Notes under the pieces: model-generated | What the model saw: only the letters and a program-made list of their open reading frames with translations | What the model was told of the DNA's origin: nothing | The model's database searches: none | Shown here: positions 45,537 to 56,788 of the stretch, piece by piece | Layout of the letters: each line of letters begins with the position of its first letter | Position numbering within the stretch: position 1 is the stretch's first letter | Translations under genes and position numbers: made by a program | IMG/VR virus record: IMGVR_UViG_3300032046_000023 | Location: 1-63,380 of that record | Reading direction: 5' to 3' (one strand) | Origin: a virus | Lineage: Duplodnaviria > Caudoviricetes | Length of the DNA: 63,380 nt

Positions 45537-45811
45537 TTGACCTGTTTCCTTAGTTTGGTTATCTCGGCTTTAAGTTCATAAATCCAGATGACCATCGCCT
45601 GATTTATGACGATTCCATCCGTGAGCAATTGCCCCTTATCGTCCAATGCCTTCCCGTCCGGCGTGACATAGCCAAGTATTTGGACTTCCGGGCCCGGGCG
45701 CAAAACATCGTAGCTCGGGAAAAGTGAAGGATTGAATTTACAACTAGTTATCCCTACCAAGAATAAGCTTGCGAAGAGCAACCAGATCGTGATTTTTATA
45801 GGCTTTCTCAA
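45533..45811 (-). CDS. Lipoprotein, possible o-spanin
   Basis: Signal peptide with ITS-C lipobox; overlaps the upstream ORF 45744..45962. Confidence 0.55.
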   Translation of the reverse strand: MRKPIKITIWLLFASLFLVGITSCKFNPSLFPSYDVLRPGPEVQILGYVTPDGKALDDKGQLLTDGIVINQAMVIWIYELKAEITKLRKQVK

Positions 45812-45903
45812 TTTTCTCCCTCATCGCCGTGTCCGTAATAGACGCTATTGCCGTCTCAATTTTCTTTTCGAGCTGGACCAGCACATCCACCATTTTCAAG
45901 ATT

Positions 45904-46152
45904 TCAGAGAGTGATGGTAACGGCATGATCGGTCTCCCTCTTTTTCCACTTAATGAATCCATAAATATTCAGAATCATAAAAACTGCTTGAGCTATGATG
46001 GCAATGTATAAATGCTTCAGCATATAAAGACTTATCCAACATACTCCGCCGAATTCATACACGATCCAACACGCCCGTTTTTTATTGGCCGTCAAGTATA
46101 TACCGCCCAATGTACATGAAACTCCGATTATCTGAAGTACGGTAATAATCAA
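45904..46152 (-). CDS. Small PnuC-like membrane protein
   Basis: G.YL.A.K.R.CW....W.........Q..F...NIYGF.KW. Confidence 0.6.
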   Translation of the reverse strand: MIITVLQIIGVSCTLGGIYLTANKKRACWIVYEFGGVCWISLYMLKHLYIAIIAQAVFMILNIYGFIKWKKRETDHAVTITL

Positions 46153-46159
46153 AGACTCA

Positions 46160-47065
46160 CTATTTTAGCCAGAAATTCCAATCCGTATTTTTGTCAAAGA
46201 AGTAAAAGTGGCCATCCTTAATCAGGCCAAATCCGGTATTCCACTCGGGATGAGTGGTAGTTTTTATGCACTTGTACTCAATCTTTTCGACATCAAACAT
46301 CCCGCCCATATCGACGGCCAAATATTTCCCGCTTACATCGTATCCATAACTTAGGAAATGGCCGTGGGCATTGATGATATTCTTATGAAACTTCGAGGCC
46401 AGCTTTTTGGCGACCTGTCCGCTGATTTGGCTGTAACTTTTGGGGTGAATAAGCAACCATTCATCCCCAATATAGAGTTTGTCATAAATCGAATATTTGA
46501 ATTTTGTCTGCCAGGATTCCTTCGTCCAAAGTTCCAGAAGGATCCGGGCCTGGAGTTTAGCATCCGTCAACCTGCCCAGTCTGTCCTCATGGTTCCCCTT
46601 GAGGAGATAGATTTCGTCGAAAGTCTGAATAAGCGATTGAATAAGCCGGATATTTTCATCCTTCTCCTGATCCAGGCTGGGTTTATTGTCGCTGTAGAAA
46701 AACGAAGCGAATCCGAAATCCAGCAAGTCTCCGATAACAATCAGTTTTTTGATGTTGAATTTCTCGGCAACGGCAAGGGAGCGGTTGTGCCATTCGATAC
46801 TGAAATAAGGGGAATGATAATCGCAAGTGATTAGATAATCATCCAGCGGCAGTCGAATCTCCCGGTTATATTTGGGGGCACTATTATTGAAATCTTGAGT
46901 TTTGACCCGGACGAGTCCCAGAGTCCTGATTTTGGAATCAATGCTGTTATAGGTAAAGGTCGTTTCGAAAATTGATGATAATTCATCGACAATTTGTAGC
47001 CTAGTTTGCCCCGCCAAAAATAGTTCCTGGAGTTTCCCCAGTTTTTCATCCGTCCAAATAGTCAT
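46160..47065 (-). CDS. Calcineurin-like metallophosphoesterase with N-terminal HTH
   Basis: DYH, GDLLD, GNHE, HGH. Confidence 0.85.
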   Translation of the reverse strand: MTIWTDEKLGKLQELFLAGQTRLQIVDELSSIFETTFTYNSIDSKIRTLGLVRVKTQDFNNSAPKYNREIRLPLDDYLITCDYHSPYFSIEWHNRSLAVAEKFNIKKLIVIGDLLDFGFASFFYSDNKPSLDQEKDENIRLIQSLIQTFDEIYLLKGNHEDRLGRLTDAKLQARILLELWTKESWQTKFKYSIYDKLYIGDEWLLIHPKSYSQISGQVAKKLASKFHKNIINAHGHFLSYGYDVSGKYLAVDMGGMFDVEKIEYKCIKTTTHPEWNTGFGLIKDGHFYFFDKNTDWNFWLK

Positions 47066-47266
47066 TTAGTCTTTATTCTTTTCATTCATTGGTGATTCTT
47101 CAGCAGCCCATTGTTCCAAATCTTCTTCTGAATAATTATCTCCGGTATAAATACCTTCTCCGCACCATTCGCATTGTGCGGCCTCTCGACCATCTAGTCC
47201 ATGATAGGTTTTCCAGTCGGCCCAACAGGTACCACATACCCATTTTCCCCATCGCCGAATTCTCAT

Positions 47267-47443
47267 CTATCGATCATACCTCCGTATAAATGATTTAATT
47301 TTTGGCTTGCTTTTAATTTGCCGTAACCACTTAGCATCTGGCTCACCAAAAAGTACCTCTTGGCAATATGGACAATATCGGATCTTTGATCTATTGGCCG
47401 CATTAAATTTTCCATGACAATGAAAGCATGTTAGTTGTTTCAT
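47267..47443 (-). CDS. 58-aa zinc-ribbon protein, first gene after the late promoter
   Basis: MKQLTCFHCHGKF...YCPYC; read by eye. Confidence 0.55.
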   Translation of the reverse strand: MKQLTCFHCHGKFNAANRSKIRYCPYCQEVLFGEPDAKWLRQIKSKPKIKSFIRRYDR

Positions 47444-47454
47444 TTTCCGACTCT

Positions 47455-47554
47455 TTTATACCATGTAGATTTTTAGTGATTTCGGAAGTTGGTATAAATC
47501 GCCCCGAAGTTGGTAAAAAAATGGGGGAAGTTGAATGAAAAGAGTTAGAAGTTG
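47455..47554 (-). promoter_or_regulatory. Probable late promoter: extended -10 plus four 21-bp-phased CAACTTC repeats
   Basis: GAAGTTG (+ strand) at 47485, 47506, 47527 and 47548; TGG-TATAAA at 47463-47455 on the - strand. Confidence 0.7.
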
Positions 47555-47563
47555 AAGGATAAA

Positions 47564-49549
47564 TTACTTGACAAGATTCTTGATAGAGTCGGGAATCTTC
47601 TGATCGGGATGATTAAACATCAATTTAGGTGAGGCTATGGGTTTATGCGAATATTCATCCCAAACGATGAATTGGATATGCACAACTGCCCATGATTGGC
47701 AGGGACAATAATCATAGGAGAGCAGTCTTTCATAGGTTTCTTTCGGTATCTGCTTAAAAAAGTTTTTGACGTATTTCCAACCGCTATAATCCACGCAAAC
47801 AAAATCCCAGCTTTTCGCTAGTTTTCCCTTGGCTACGGCTACGGAATAGTTCTGATTTTCTAGCCATGCAAAAGCTTTGTCAAAATAACGTCGATCGGTT
47901 TGTTTAGAGGAGCTGACATCGGGCATAACTTAATATTCTCCTAATGAATCTAGAAAACTTACATTGCTTGCGTACTTTATCAACAAGTTCTTTAAATTCA
48001 TCTGGGGTGGAATTTGGATGACCATATTTTTTCATAAAATATTTACGACTATTAATCACCGAGTTATTTATCCATCGGGCGGCTCTTTCTGGATGTTTTG
48101 GATTAATTCTATAACACATATCATCCCACCCATTTTTAAATATCGGATCAATGTTTACATTGGGCAGAATTTTAACTTTGGGCATTGAGACGACAACCAA
48201 TTCTTTCGCTCTAGCCTGCCGTTTCTTTATTGCTTCGTCTGACATCGTTATTCCTCTTTATTCCAACCACGAAAAAGGTTATGGATGCTTTCATGGATAG
48301 ACCAATAAATACGCGCTTTCAAAATAATAAGGATTTCTTTAACTTGATGGCCAGTATAATAATATAAGGGCCTTTCTGATTTTATAATTGCATCTATTGC
48401 CTTTATTAGTACTTTACTACCTTTCCGAAAATCCTCCAACATTTTTTCATTTTCTATTTCATATTTCGTTAATTGTCTAGTTAACATATCCTACTCCTTC
48501 CTCCCGATGACGTAATCGTGCGAGTAGAGCCAAATGATGAAATAATATTCATCCTTGGGAAGTCCCACAAATTCGGTTACCGCCTCCTCCAGTCTCAACA
48601 ACTTAATCATCAAATCCTTCTCTTCCGGTTTAATTTCCTTAGTATCGTTTTTCATGTCTACCTCACCATTTCGGCATTCGCAGTTCGTGGACAATAAATA
48701 ATCTCCGAATGTGGAGCGTTATAACTTTTGCAGTCTCGCCGACAGTACCGGCATTGCGGATGAGTCCCAAAGGTTTTCATGTTCGCATTGATCTCCGCTC
48801 TCAATTCATTCACGGCCCGTTTCTTATCTCTGAATTTCCAGGCGTAGAATTGACCGCACTTCGGACACCGCCTGGATTTCGAAGACACTCGTTTTCCACA
48901 ATCCATACAATACGTTTCAGCCTGTCTACTCATCCCTCCTTCTCCTTCCCATCCAGGTATTTATCCCCCGATTCCATTACTATCCTCAATCGCTTCGCAT
49001 CATGCCGATTTCCTATTTGGCCGAAATATTCCAGAATTGCCCACAGGAGTTTTTCCGTAGATTCCAACTCTCCGAATTCGTCTTCCCCGTCCTCAAAGAC
49101 CTCTTTGACTTCATCCCCGTGGATGCTGTATCCATTATCTAGGCGATGAATGATTAACTTCATTGGAAAAGTTCCCCTTGTTTCGTTTCTCGAAATTGAT
49201 CAAGGATTGCCCTCTCTCGTCGATAGAATGCCTTCTGATATTGCCTTAGATAATCGACGACCTTCCCGGCCTCTATCGGTGATGAGGCTAGAAAATATCC
49301 ATTTGGACATGAGCAGATATGCGGCAATCTCTCTTGGATGGCCTCCCTCAACTTCCTTTCCCCTACATGCTCAGGATAAATCTCGCGGTTGATCTGATAG
49401 AGCAGCGCATGGCCTTTTATCGCGTTCTCCCGTCCCCGATGATGTTCAAGGATCGAGAGGATGATGGATTCTAATTCAGGCATGCTTCCTCCATGCGGAG
49501 CTTGCGATGGATTAGGTCGGCGAGCATGGTTAGGCTTTTCGGACTTCAA
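47564..49549 (-). CDS. Cluster of small hypothetical ORFs, including a Zn-finger protein (48658..48933) and an HTH-like protein (49160..49549)
   Basis: Coupled - strand ORFs; C..CG..VS.KSRRC..C motif; ENAI...L......ERKLR.AI motif. Confidence 0.5.
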
Positions 49550-49769
49550 TTTTTACGCAAGATTCATAAATGGGAAGGCTGATCCAAGCTCGCATTGCAC
49601 AACGATCCGATATTGCCTGTTTCCTTGTTGATCGTGCTGTATATGGTAACCAAATCTTGCCAGATTGAATAATCCACCATGTTTCGTTTTTATGATCACT
49701 CATAATATTCCTCCTCTTGCCCTCCCCCTGACTACCTCCGCCTCGTTTCCGGTGAGGTCAGCCGTCCGG

Positions 49770-50057
49770 TCAAGCCGGTTTCTTGAGAACGCCCAAGGCT
49801 TCGAGGATCTTCTTGAGAAACAGGAAAGTGCCGTTGCCGCCGACTAAGACTTCGAGGAAAACGACAATGAGCGCGAAGTTAAAGGGGGTTGCTGTTTCCA
49901 CGGCTTTGAAGGAAACGGCAAAAAGCACAACGAGGAAAGAAATGATCCAGGCGAACGTGGAGGAAATTTCATGTTTCAGAAGTGCCTCAATACCTTTCTT
50001 GATCGTCTGCGTTGCCGCCAAAACGATCGCAATTAATCCTGGAATGTCCATGATCAA
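49770..50057 (-). CDS. Holin-like multi-TM membrane protein
   Basis: TQ.IKK followed by hydrophobic helices and a basic C-terminus. Confidence 0.55.
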   Translation of the reverse strand: MIMDIPGLIAIVLAATQTIKKGIEALLKHEISSTFAWIISFLVVLFAVSFKAVETATPFNFALIVVFLEVLVGGNGTFLFLKKILEALGVLKKPA

Positions 50058-50388
50058 TCTCCTTTACTTTGGAATCGAACTCGCGCAAGAGCATCCATAA
50101 GATAGACGATTACAAATATAAGGCCGACAATTACGGCCAATAAAAATATTATGACGTAGAATAGTGCATCCATCTCAATCCTCCGTCCCGACTTTCTCGC
50201 CCTTCTCTATCAGTTTTTCCCTGATTTGATCATAAGAATCCATCAAAACTTTACTATGGGGTTTTCCGTCTTTCCCTAGTAGAATAAAAACCTCCCCGGC
50301 TCTCAATCCATCCATTTGTGCCGGCCTTAAATCTTTGCCCCATTCAAAGAATCGCCCATTATGGAAATATCTTTTTGGATTATACATT

Positions 50389-50640
50389 TCAATCCTCCGT
50401 TCCCGACCTCAGTATCGGAATCGCTTCCGTCGGCTTCTTGAGCCCAAGCGCATTTCTTAGTGCAATCTCTAAGTTCTCAGCACGTTCCAGCACCCTTAAA
50501 TTTTCCTCTGTCATGGCCTCGATCTTCTGCCGATCAATTTCTCGCTGTGCTTTTGCGGCTATCGTGGCTCCGATGAATATGCCGGAGAGAAAAACGCATA
50601 GAAGGATCACGCCGACGATGAAAAACGTTTTGCCGTTCAT
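50389..50640 (-). CDS. TM plus coiled-coil protein (spanin-like)
   Basis: N-terminal TM segment followed by helix. Confidence 0.45.
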   Translation of the reverse strand: MNGKTFFIVGVILLCVFLSGIFIGATIAAKAQREIDRQKIEAMTEENLRVLERAENLEIALRNALGLKKPTEAIPILRSGTED

Positions 50641-50707
50641 TTCGTAGCCTCTTCTCCCGCCCTTCTCATGGAATGAGGGGTTTGCTGCATAAAGAATTGG
50701 GGGCGAG

Positions 50708-51478
50708 TCATTTGTAAAAATCCTTTGTTATATCCATACAAAGATTATTTACAAAATCATATTCAACTTTGGCGGGCAAAGTAGATTTAACCAGAGAATC
50801 TTCCATAAGGCGAAATAGAGAATCCGCATAATCCAAAACCTTTTGAAGTGACCATTCTCCGCGCTTGATTTCTAAAAGCATATTGTTATCGGGTCTTTCC
50901 ACTACTAATTCCCCAGTATTCAATGCCTCGATTCCCATTTTTAAAAGTCGGATAAGATGTCCAGCATTTTTAGTGTCATATCCAAATTTATCCACCAATT
51001 CTTTTCTTTTTGCCCCCATCTGACCCGTTGGAATATGATGGGTCATTCGGTGTAATTGTCCATACGCATAACCAGAGAATGAATGATAGGATTGTTTAGA
51101 TAAAAGCCTTGATCTGTTTTCGATAAGAAGATTTCCCCAGCGGGTTCTTTTGATATAGTATTTTTCATCCAACCAAAGTAACATGATGACATTGGGATTT
51201 TGTTTCAATAAAAGATTCAGGTATTTACGGAGACTATAATAAACGATGTCCCAAACAACGGTTCTTTTCTCCGACAATTTCTCCGGAATTGCCCGTTCGA
51301 TGGTTTCCATGTTGGCTATTCCATAAATAACGTCCGGCGGGGAAACAAAAATTCCCATAATATCTTTATCATCATGCGTTACGTTTTCTTCATATGTCCC
51401 GTGTGCAATGCTTCCACGATAACCCTTGAGGATTACTTGGTTTTCGAGATTATCTAGGAGATTATCCTTGGGGATCAT
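50708..51478 (-). CDS. Pol-beta superfamily nucleotidyltransferase (RlaP / NrdC.11-like)
   Basis: GSIAHG...D.DIMG, NPNVI.LL, GYA..QL, GYDTKNA.HL.RLL.MG, LL.IKRG. Confidence 0.88.
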   Translation of the reverse strand: MIPKDNLLDNLENQVILKGYRGSIAHGTYEENVTHDDKDIMGIFVSPPDVIYGIANMETIERAIPEKLSEKRTVVWDIVYYSLRKYLNLLLKQNPNVIMLLWLDEKYYIKRTRWGNLLIENRSRLLSKQSYHSFSGYAYGQLHRMTHHIPTGQMGAKRKELVDKFGYDTKNAGHLIRLLKMGIEALNTGELVVERPDNNMLLEIKRGEWSLQKVLDYADSLFRLMEDSLVKSTLPAKVEYDFVNNLCMDITKDFYK

Positions 51479-51514
51479 TTGTTCGTTTCCTCCCGCTAAA
51501 GAATTGTGTTCTGG

Positions 51515-52447
51515 TCATGCCGTTGCCTCCTCTAATTCCCGATGAATCATTCGATTAAATTTATTAAACCGATAATTACATCCGGTTATACAATGTTCGT
51601 CATGGCCAGGACGCCCAGGCGGCCTAACTTTATCTCTATACAAATGAGAGCAATAATATTCATCTCCAAATTCATCATAAAGGCGTTCGGTCATAGATAG
51701 GTAACATGGAATTTTCATGTTGTCTGGAAAATAATTTCCTTGACGAGAATGGGTTTCGTCGAAAACTTTTTTAGATATCGGATCAAGTTCTCGTGAAAAT
51801 TCAAAAAGCAGAGAAATGTCTTCGGCCGTTAAAGCGAGAGTTGTGTTTTGTCCTTTATAGAAAGAAACGGAAATAGAATATAGATTCGGAAATTCGGTCT
51901 TACAAAATCTTATAAAACTATCCAAGCGATGAGAATTTTGATGTGTCGCCGTATAACAAATAGAGGTATATTTAACTTTTATCGTGCTTCTTTTTATGTT
52001 TTCAACCACTCGATCAAAATGATTTCCGCCCGTTGTTTCATTCCATCTATCTGCATGATAATCGTCGAGCGAAGTTTTTAGGCGGAATATTGATGTTAAT
52101 AATTTATCGCTCGGCATTATTAGAAGATTGCTATTCCACGCAAATCTAGTTATTTCCCGTTGATTATAAATTTCGTCCTGCAACCAAGGAACAAGAGAAG
52201 GTTCGCCGCCAGTAATATGAACAATTCCGCTTTTTCCCGCACGACGGCAGATATCAATAAATAATTGTCTGTCAATCATTGCTGATTTTCTCTTGGCCTC
52301 AGAACAATATTCACATCTCATATTACACAAGGAAGTAACATGAACAGCAAAGCGAATAACCCGAGGAATGCGACCAAATTTCAATGAGACAATAGTTTCT
52401 TGGGCGCGCTCAGCTATTCTGTCCCAAAAAACATTGTCAGAAATCAA
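51515..52447 (-). CDS. Radical SAM protein
   Basis: CNMRCEYC, ITGGEP; C-terminal Cys residues (SPASM/twitch-like). Confidence 0.88.
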   Translation of the reverse strand: MISDNVFWDRIAERAQETIVSLKFGRIPRVIRFAVHVTSLCNMRCEYCSEAKRKSAMIDRQLFIDICRRAGKSGIVHITGGEPSLVPWLQDEIYNQREITRFAWNSNLLIMPSDKLLTSIFRLKTSLDDYHADRWNETTGGNHFDRVVENIKRSTIKVKYTSICYTATHQNSHRLDSFIRFCKTEFPNLYSISVSFYKGQNTTLALTAEDISLLFEFSRELDPISKKVFDETHSRQGNYFPDNMKIPCYLSMTERLYDEFGDEYYCSHLYRDKVRPPGRPGHDEHCITGCNYRFNKFNRMIHRELEEATA

Positions 52448-52511
52448 CGAATGACCTCCAAATACGCATTCCTCATCGCCTTCCGCTCCTCCCGGCCAAG
52501 GTCAATCAATA

Positions 52512-52817
52512 TCATTTCTTTATTTTCTTTTCCCTAATATCTGCTAATTTTATCCAGCCTTCGGATGGGCTTTCGGCGTCGTTTCCTTCCATCCAATTAA
52601 AGGCAGCCATCGCAGACGAAAGAAGATAATCATCGTCTTCTTCTGCACACGCATCATCTATTTCTGCTTCATTCATCCTTTCATCCAACACCCTGATTTG
52701 GATTTCGATGGAGGCCACATTGTCATCCCCGAAAATTGAGAATGCCGCAAACTTGGCGATTCTTGGCTTAACTCCTTTCAGGGCTTGGATTTCTTTCAGA
52801 ATTTCTTTTTCTTTCAT
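52512..52817 (-). CDS. Hypothetical protein inserted within a duplicated gene end
   Basis: GGAG RBS. Confidence 0.55.
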   Translation of the reverse strand: MKEKEILKEIQALKGVKPRIAKFAAFSIFGDDNVASIEIQIRVLDERMNEAEIDDACAEEDDDYLLSSAMAAFNWMEGNDAESPSEGWIKLADIREKKIKK

Positions 52818-52827
52818 TATTTTCTCC

Positions 52828-54045
52828 TTAATGAATTACTTCGTTATAGGCCCGTCTCATAGCTAAGCGCTCCTCTCTCCCCAACTCAATCGCCGCCTTG
52901 AGGTTCGGACGGCCCCCGGATTGGAAGGCGGCGGCAGAGAGTTGCTCATACCCCCGGCCATTCTGTAAGGACCATTTTGTAATCTCATATATTTGGTCCA
53001 CAGACGGCCTTCGGCCCGGACCGGGTGGGGGAAGCCAGAACCAATATAAGCCTTGCGCCGAATGAGCAGCGTCCTCTCCGTCCGAGCTGGGGAATAAGCC
53101 ATATTTCATCAAGGCCAATGTGCCGGAGCTGGTCGACCAACCATTCGGCCACGGGGCGTCGATTGTTTGCATTGATCCTACTCCGTGTCCACAGGCCAAC
53201 CCTTCGCCGTTCAATTCATTCTGGAGACAGTCGGCGAAATCGCCTGAGTCATTGAAATTTATTAGCAATGCTGAATTTGGAATCCCCTTCGCTTTGCATC
53301 GGGCGATAAGTCTCCTCTGTTCGCTCATAGATGACGATTCGTTTTGCATTTCAAATATGACCAAGGGCATAAACGGCCTTGCCAAATCAACAATGTAATC
53401 GATCTCCGAGTCCGTTGACCCCCCGCCGTAGGCCCAAAGGGAGACGATGGTAGTAATCTTCCGGTCCGCCATGAGTTTTAATCGGCGTTGAAATACCGAC
53501 TGATATTCTTCATCGACGGGCTTCCAGCTTATCCAGTACGGCTTTCCGTCTTTATAAACGTCATCGAGGAAAAAGCCGAAGCCTCTGATACAATTTATGC
53601 CGTCTTCGGTTATGGCATCGGCATAGGCCGTTTCATCCTCGATGGTAAATTCCTCATTGTTCACCGAGCTGGGCCAACCTAAAAGACAAGCATCATAAAT
53701 GAGATATTGGTGAGTCAGCCAACAGGGGATATCGCATTGAGGAATCGGCGGTTCGGGCTTGACGTGGAGGACGCAGATAACGACGGGCTCTGTCCCCTTC
53801 ACATATTGGGCAGGGTGAGAGGGGCAGTATTTATTCGCTACCCGCGCTTCGGTTGCCGGTATATCAGGGAATGAGTTGCAGACATTGACCCACACCTTCT
53901 CAGGCGGCGGCTTCGGCGGACAGGTCGCGGAGGTGAAAATAAAGGCGAATAAAATTGCTAACGGTAGAAATTTCTTGTACGTACTATGTCCATGTTTGGC
54001 CGACATACCGGGTCTATTTCGTTTCATTCCTTCTCCTTCTCCCAT
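52828..54045 (-). CDS. Secreted or lipoprotein TIM-barrel, glycoside-hydrolase-like (clan A)
   Basis: Signal peptide + C; GINCIRGF; IFEMQNE (NE acid/base-like); SSDG. Confidence 0.5.
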   Translation of the reverse strand: MGEGEGMKRNRPGMSAKHGHSTYKKFLPLAILFAFIFTSATCPPKPPPEKVWVNVCNSFPDIPATEARVANKYCPSHPAQYVKGTEPVVICVLHVKPEPPIPQCDIPCWLTHQYLIYDACLLGWPSSVNNEEFTIEDETAYADAITEDGINCIRGFGFFLDDVYKDGKPYWISWKPVDEEYQSVFQRRLKLMADRKITTIVSLWAYGGGSTDSEIDYIVDLARPFMPLVIFEMQNESSSMSEQRRLIARCKAKGIPNSALLINFNDSGDFADCLQNELNGEGLACGHGVGSMQTIDAPWPNGWSTSSGTLALMKYGLFPSSDGEDAAHSAQGLYWFWLPPPGPGRRPSVDQIYEITKWSLQNGRGYEQLSAAAFQSGGRPNLKAAIELGREERLAMRRAYNEVIH

Positions 54046-54061
54046 TCCTGGTCGGAATCCT

Positions 54062-56788
54062 CTAATCCTTCGACCCTAAAACATCTAGCCATCGTTTGAT
54101 TTTCTTTCTGATTGTTCTACGATCTACAATCTTTATATCCTCATGCTCCCACCAAGAGTACTGCTCATCGTCCCGATCAAGAAAACCCAATGTGGGAAAA
54201 ATATTGTGCGTCCCTTCTTTCTTTTTTTCATCCACGATGACTGCAAGTCTATCTCCAATGTCGTGAAGATGCACAATGATGACCATGCCCTTTTTCCAAT
54301 TATCAATGAGTTTATGAGAAACACTGTCACGTATTTTCACCTTGGAAAAAGGAATCGCCTCACATTCCAATGCCCCCTTTTCCGTTTGATGATAAGTCCT
54401 ACAAATACTACAAACCCAATATGTCGTTGTTGTTTCTACTTTTTCCATTTTCCTTACTCCTTTTCTCCTTGCCTCACAAGTCGCCGAAGTTCGGCTAATT
54501 CAATTGAACATTTATTTCTTATCGCACAAGTAGCGCATGAACCGAAGGCTAATTTATTATTGAAACAATTTTTCTTTAGCATTTCAATTTTCCACAATAA
54601 TTCTTCTTTCCCCGGCCTATTTTTCATCGGATACCTCTGCTTCGGCTTCAATTTTCTTTAAAAATTCTATAACTACCGCAATAGCATTCCCTTCCGTTAA
54701 ATGCGAATGCTCATATCCGCCCGGAGGGATATCGCCCGGTTGCCCATTAGCATAAAAAATAAAATCCTTTGCCATTGCAGTAATTACACTTGGACGAATT
54801 TTTAATTTACAACTCATCTTCCCCTCCCGCCGAGGTCGGCTTATTCCAATATCTCTTTGCCCAAATTTGTTTGCATGAAGTCCAACAAAACCAATGGGGA
54901 TTTTTGATGTTAAAAAAACGACAAGTTAAACAACAATATGGAATCGGATTGCTCATTCTTCCTCCTTCTCCCCTTCCTGGACAACATCGGATACCTCCGC
55001 TTCGGCCATCAGCCGCTTGGGGCAACTTTCAAAAGTGCAATATTCTTCGCCATTCTGCTGTAACCTACATCCATGATAATTGGCGGGAAAACACAGAAAA
55101 GGACAATGGTTATTATCTAAGGTCAAATTCACCCTCCATTCCCGTGGGTCACGTATTATTTTCATCTTCTCCTCCCGCCTACCGTCGATATAATTCAATC
55201 AATCCTTGTAACCGTCCTTGAACATTCTGAAATTCTTTTTCCGTATAGGCCATAGACTGCCCCAGATGAAGACGCTGTTGATTTTCGGCCACCATACCCT
55301 CCATCTCGATTCGGATGCTGAGTAACTCCGCGTGGAATCTCATTAAGTCGTCCATTTAATCCTCCTTCTCCCCTTCCTCATACGGACAAAACCTAAACCT
55401 AACTATCCTGGAGATTAATCTAGTACTCTCCGGAGATATATGATGCCCCGTGGTCTGCCGCTTCTCGACAATGCCGATGGTCATAGTAGTCCCCCGGGTA
55501 CGGAATCGTCTAGGGTCACAACGTATCCGAGGTATTGAGGACGGCGGACGAGGGAATCTCAATTCTGCCCCGCCTTCATTGCGTTCAGTATGTTTTTGAT
55601 CTTCGCCAGCTCCGATCGACCCAAATCTATCGCTTTAAGAAATACGTCCAGCTTTGCTTCGCCTTCACGGATGATCGCAAGCAACGTTTCCCGTTGTTCC
55701 AATAGGCGCGCAATTAGTTCGTCGTATTCGCTCATTTTTTTTCTCCCCCTTCCTGGGCGGCGCGATCCAATTTGATTTCCTCGGCCTCACGACGTTTCAT
55801 GAACGCCTTGAACTCCTCAAGGTTGGCGGCCGACAATCCTTCCGGATGCGCCGCCCTCCACTCTCCGCCGATACGAATTCGGCGATTGACGAAATCTTCC
55901 CGGCGCTTGACACCCTCATCGTAGGATTCTTTCATTGTTTCTTCTCCCCCTCCCCCTCCCGGGCGGCATTATCATTTAGAACACTCTCGACAATCGGGCC
56001 ATGTTCGGGTCCTAAGTAAACATCGGCCATCTTTCCATCTTTTCCCGTAAGGTGTAGCCACCATCCATCCGGCATTTTTGATATGGTCGGCTTTTTCCGC
56101 TCAAGCGCGGCAAGGATGGAGTTGATCATAATATTTCTCCGCTCCCCCTTTTCATTGGCCTTTTTCATCCAGAATGGGAGATCAGGATTCTCCCTCCATT
56201 TTGGACCTCCAAAAAATTCATATTTCTCCCCTTCCAGCCACGCCCTCATTTTGTCGTTAGTCGCCATCGCTGACCTCCTCTCTAATTGTTACCCCGACTT
56301 TCTCAAATAACCATTTTAAATAATCTTCTTCCTGTCGTCTTTGCAGACTTCCCTTTGTGGCCTTGTGGGTCAATAAGGTTTCCATTTCTTCGCAAAAATA
56401 ATCAATATCATTTCTCGTTACAGAAAAAGTCATCCCTAGGGCATCATAGACAGCCCGCCTACTTTCATTTGGGTTCGGCATCGGACACTTCCTTTATCTC
56501 TACCCCTATTTCATGAAGAATAGTATCAAGTTTAGCCATCGCAAGAATTACTCCCGTTTCTTTCTCAGATACAGCTAATAGAATATTTTGAATCTGGATA
56601 ATTTTATTTTTGTTTAAGAACGGCAACTTGGGCAGGGGGCAGGAGTCGGGAATTTCGGGGTAATTGTTTAATAACTTTCTCTCGCCCCTATTGCACCAAT
56701 ATCCCTCTTGTTCACCGATATCCTCGTAAGAAAAAAAAGAACATCTTACGCACGATTCAATAAACCTATCGACTCGTTTATCACTCAT
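54062..56788 (-). CDS. Array of about 10 small accessory (nin-like) ORFs
   Basis: Short coupled ORFs, several Cys-rich, ending in similar EGEKE/EVSD tails. Confidence 0.55.
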
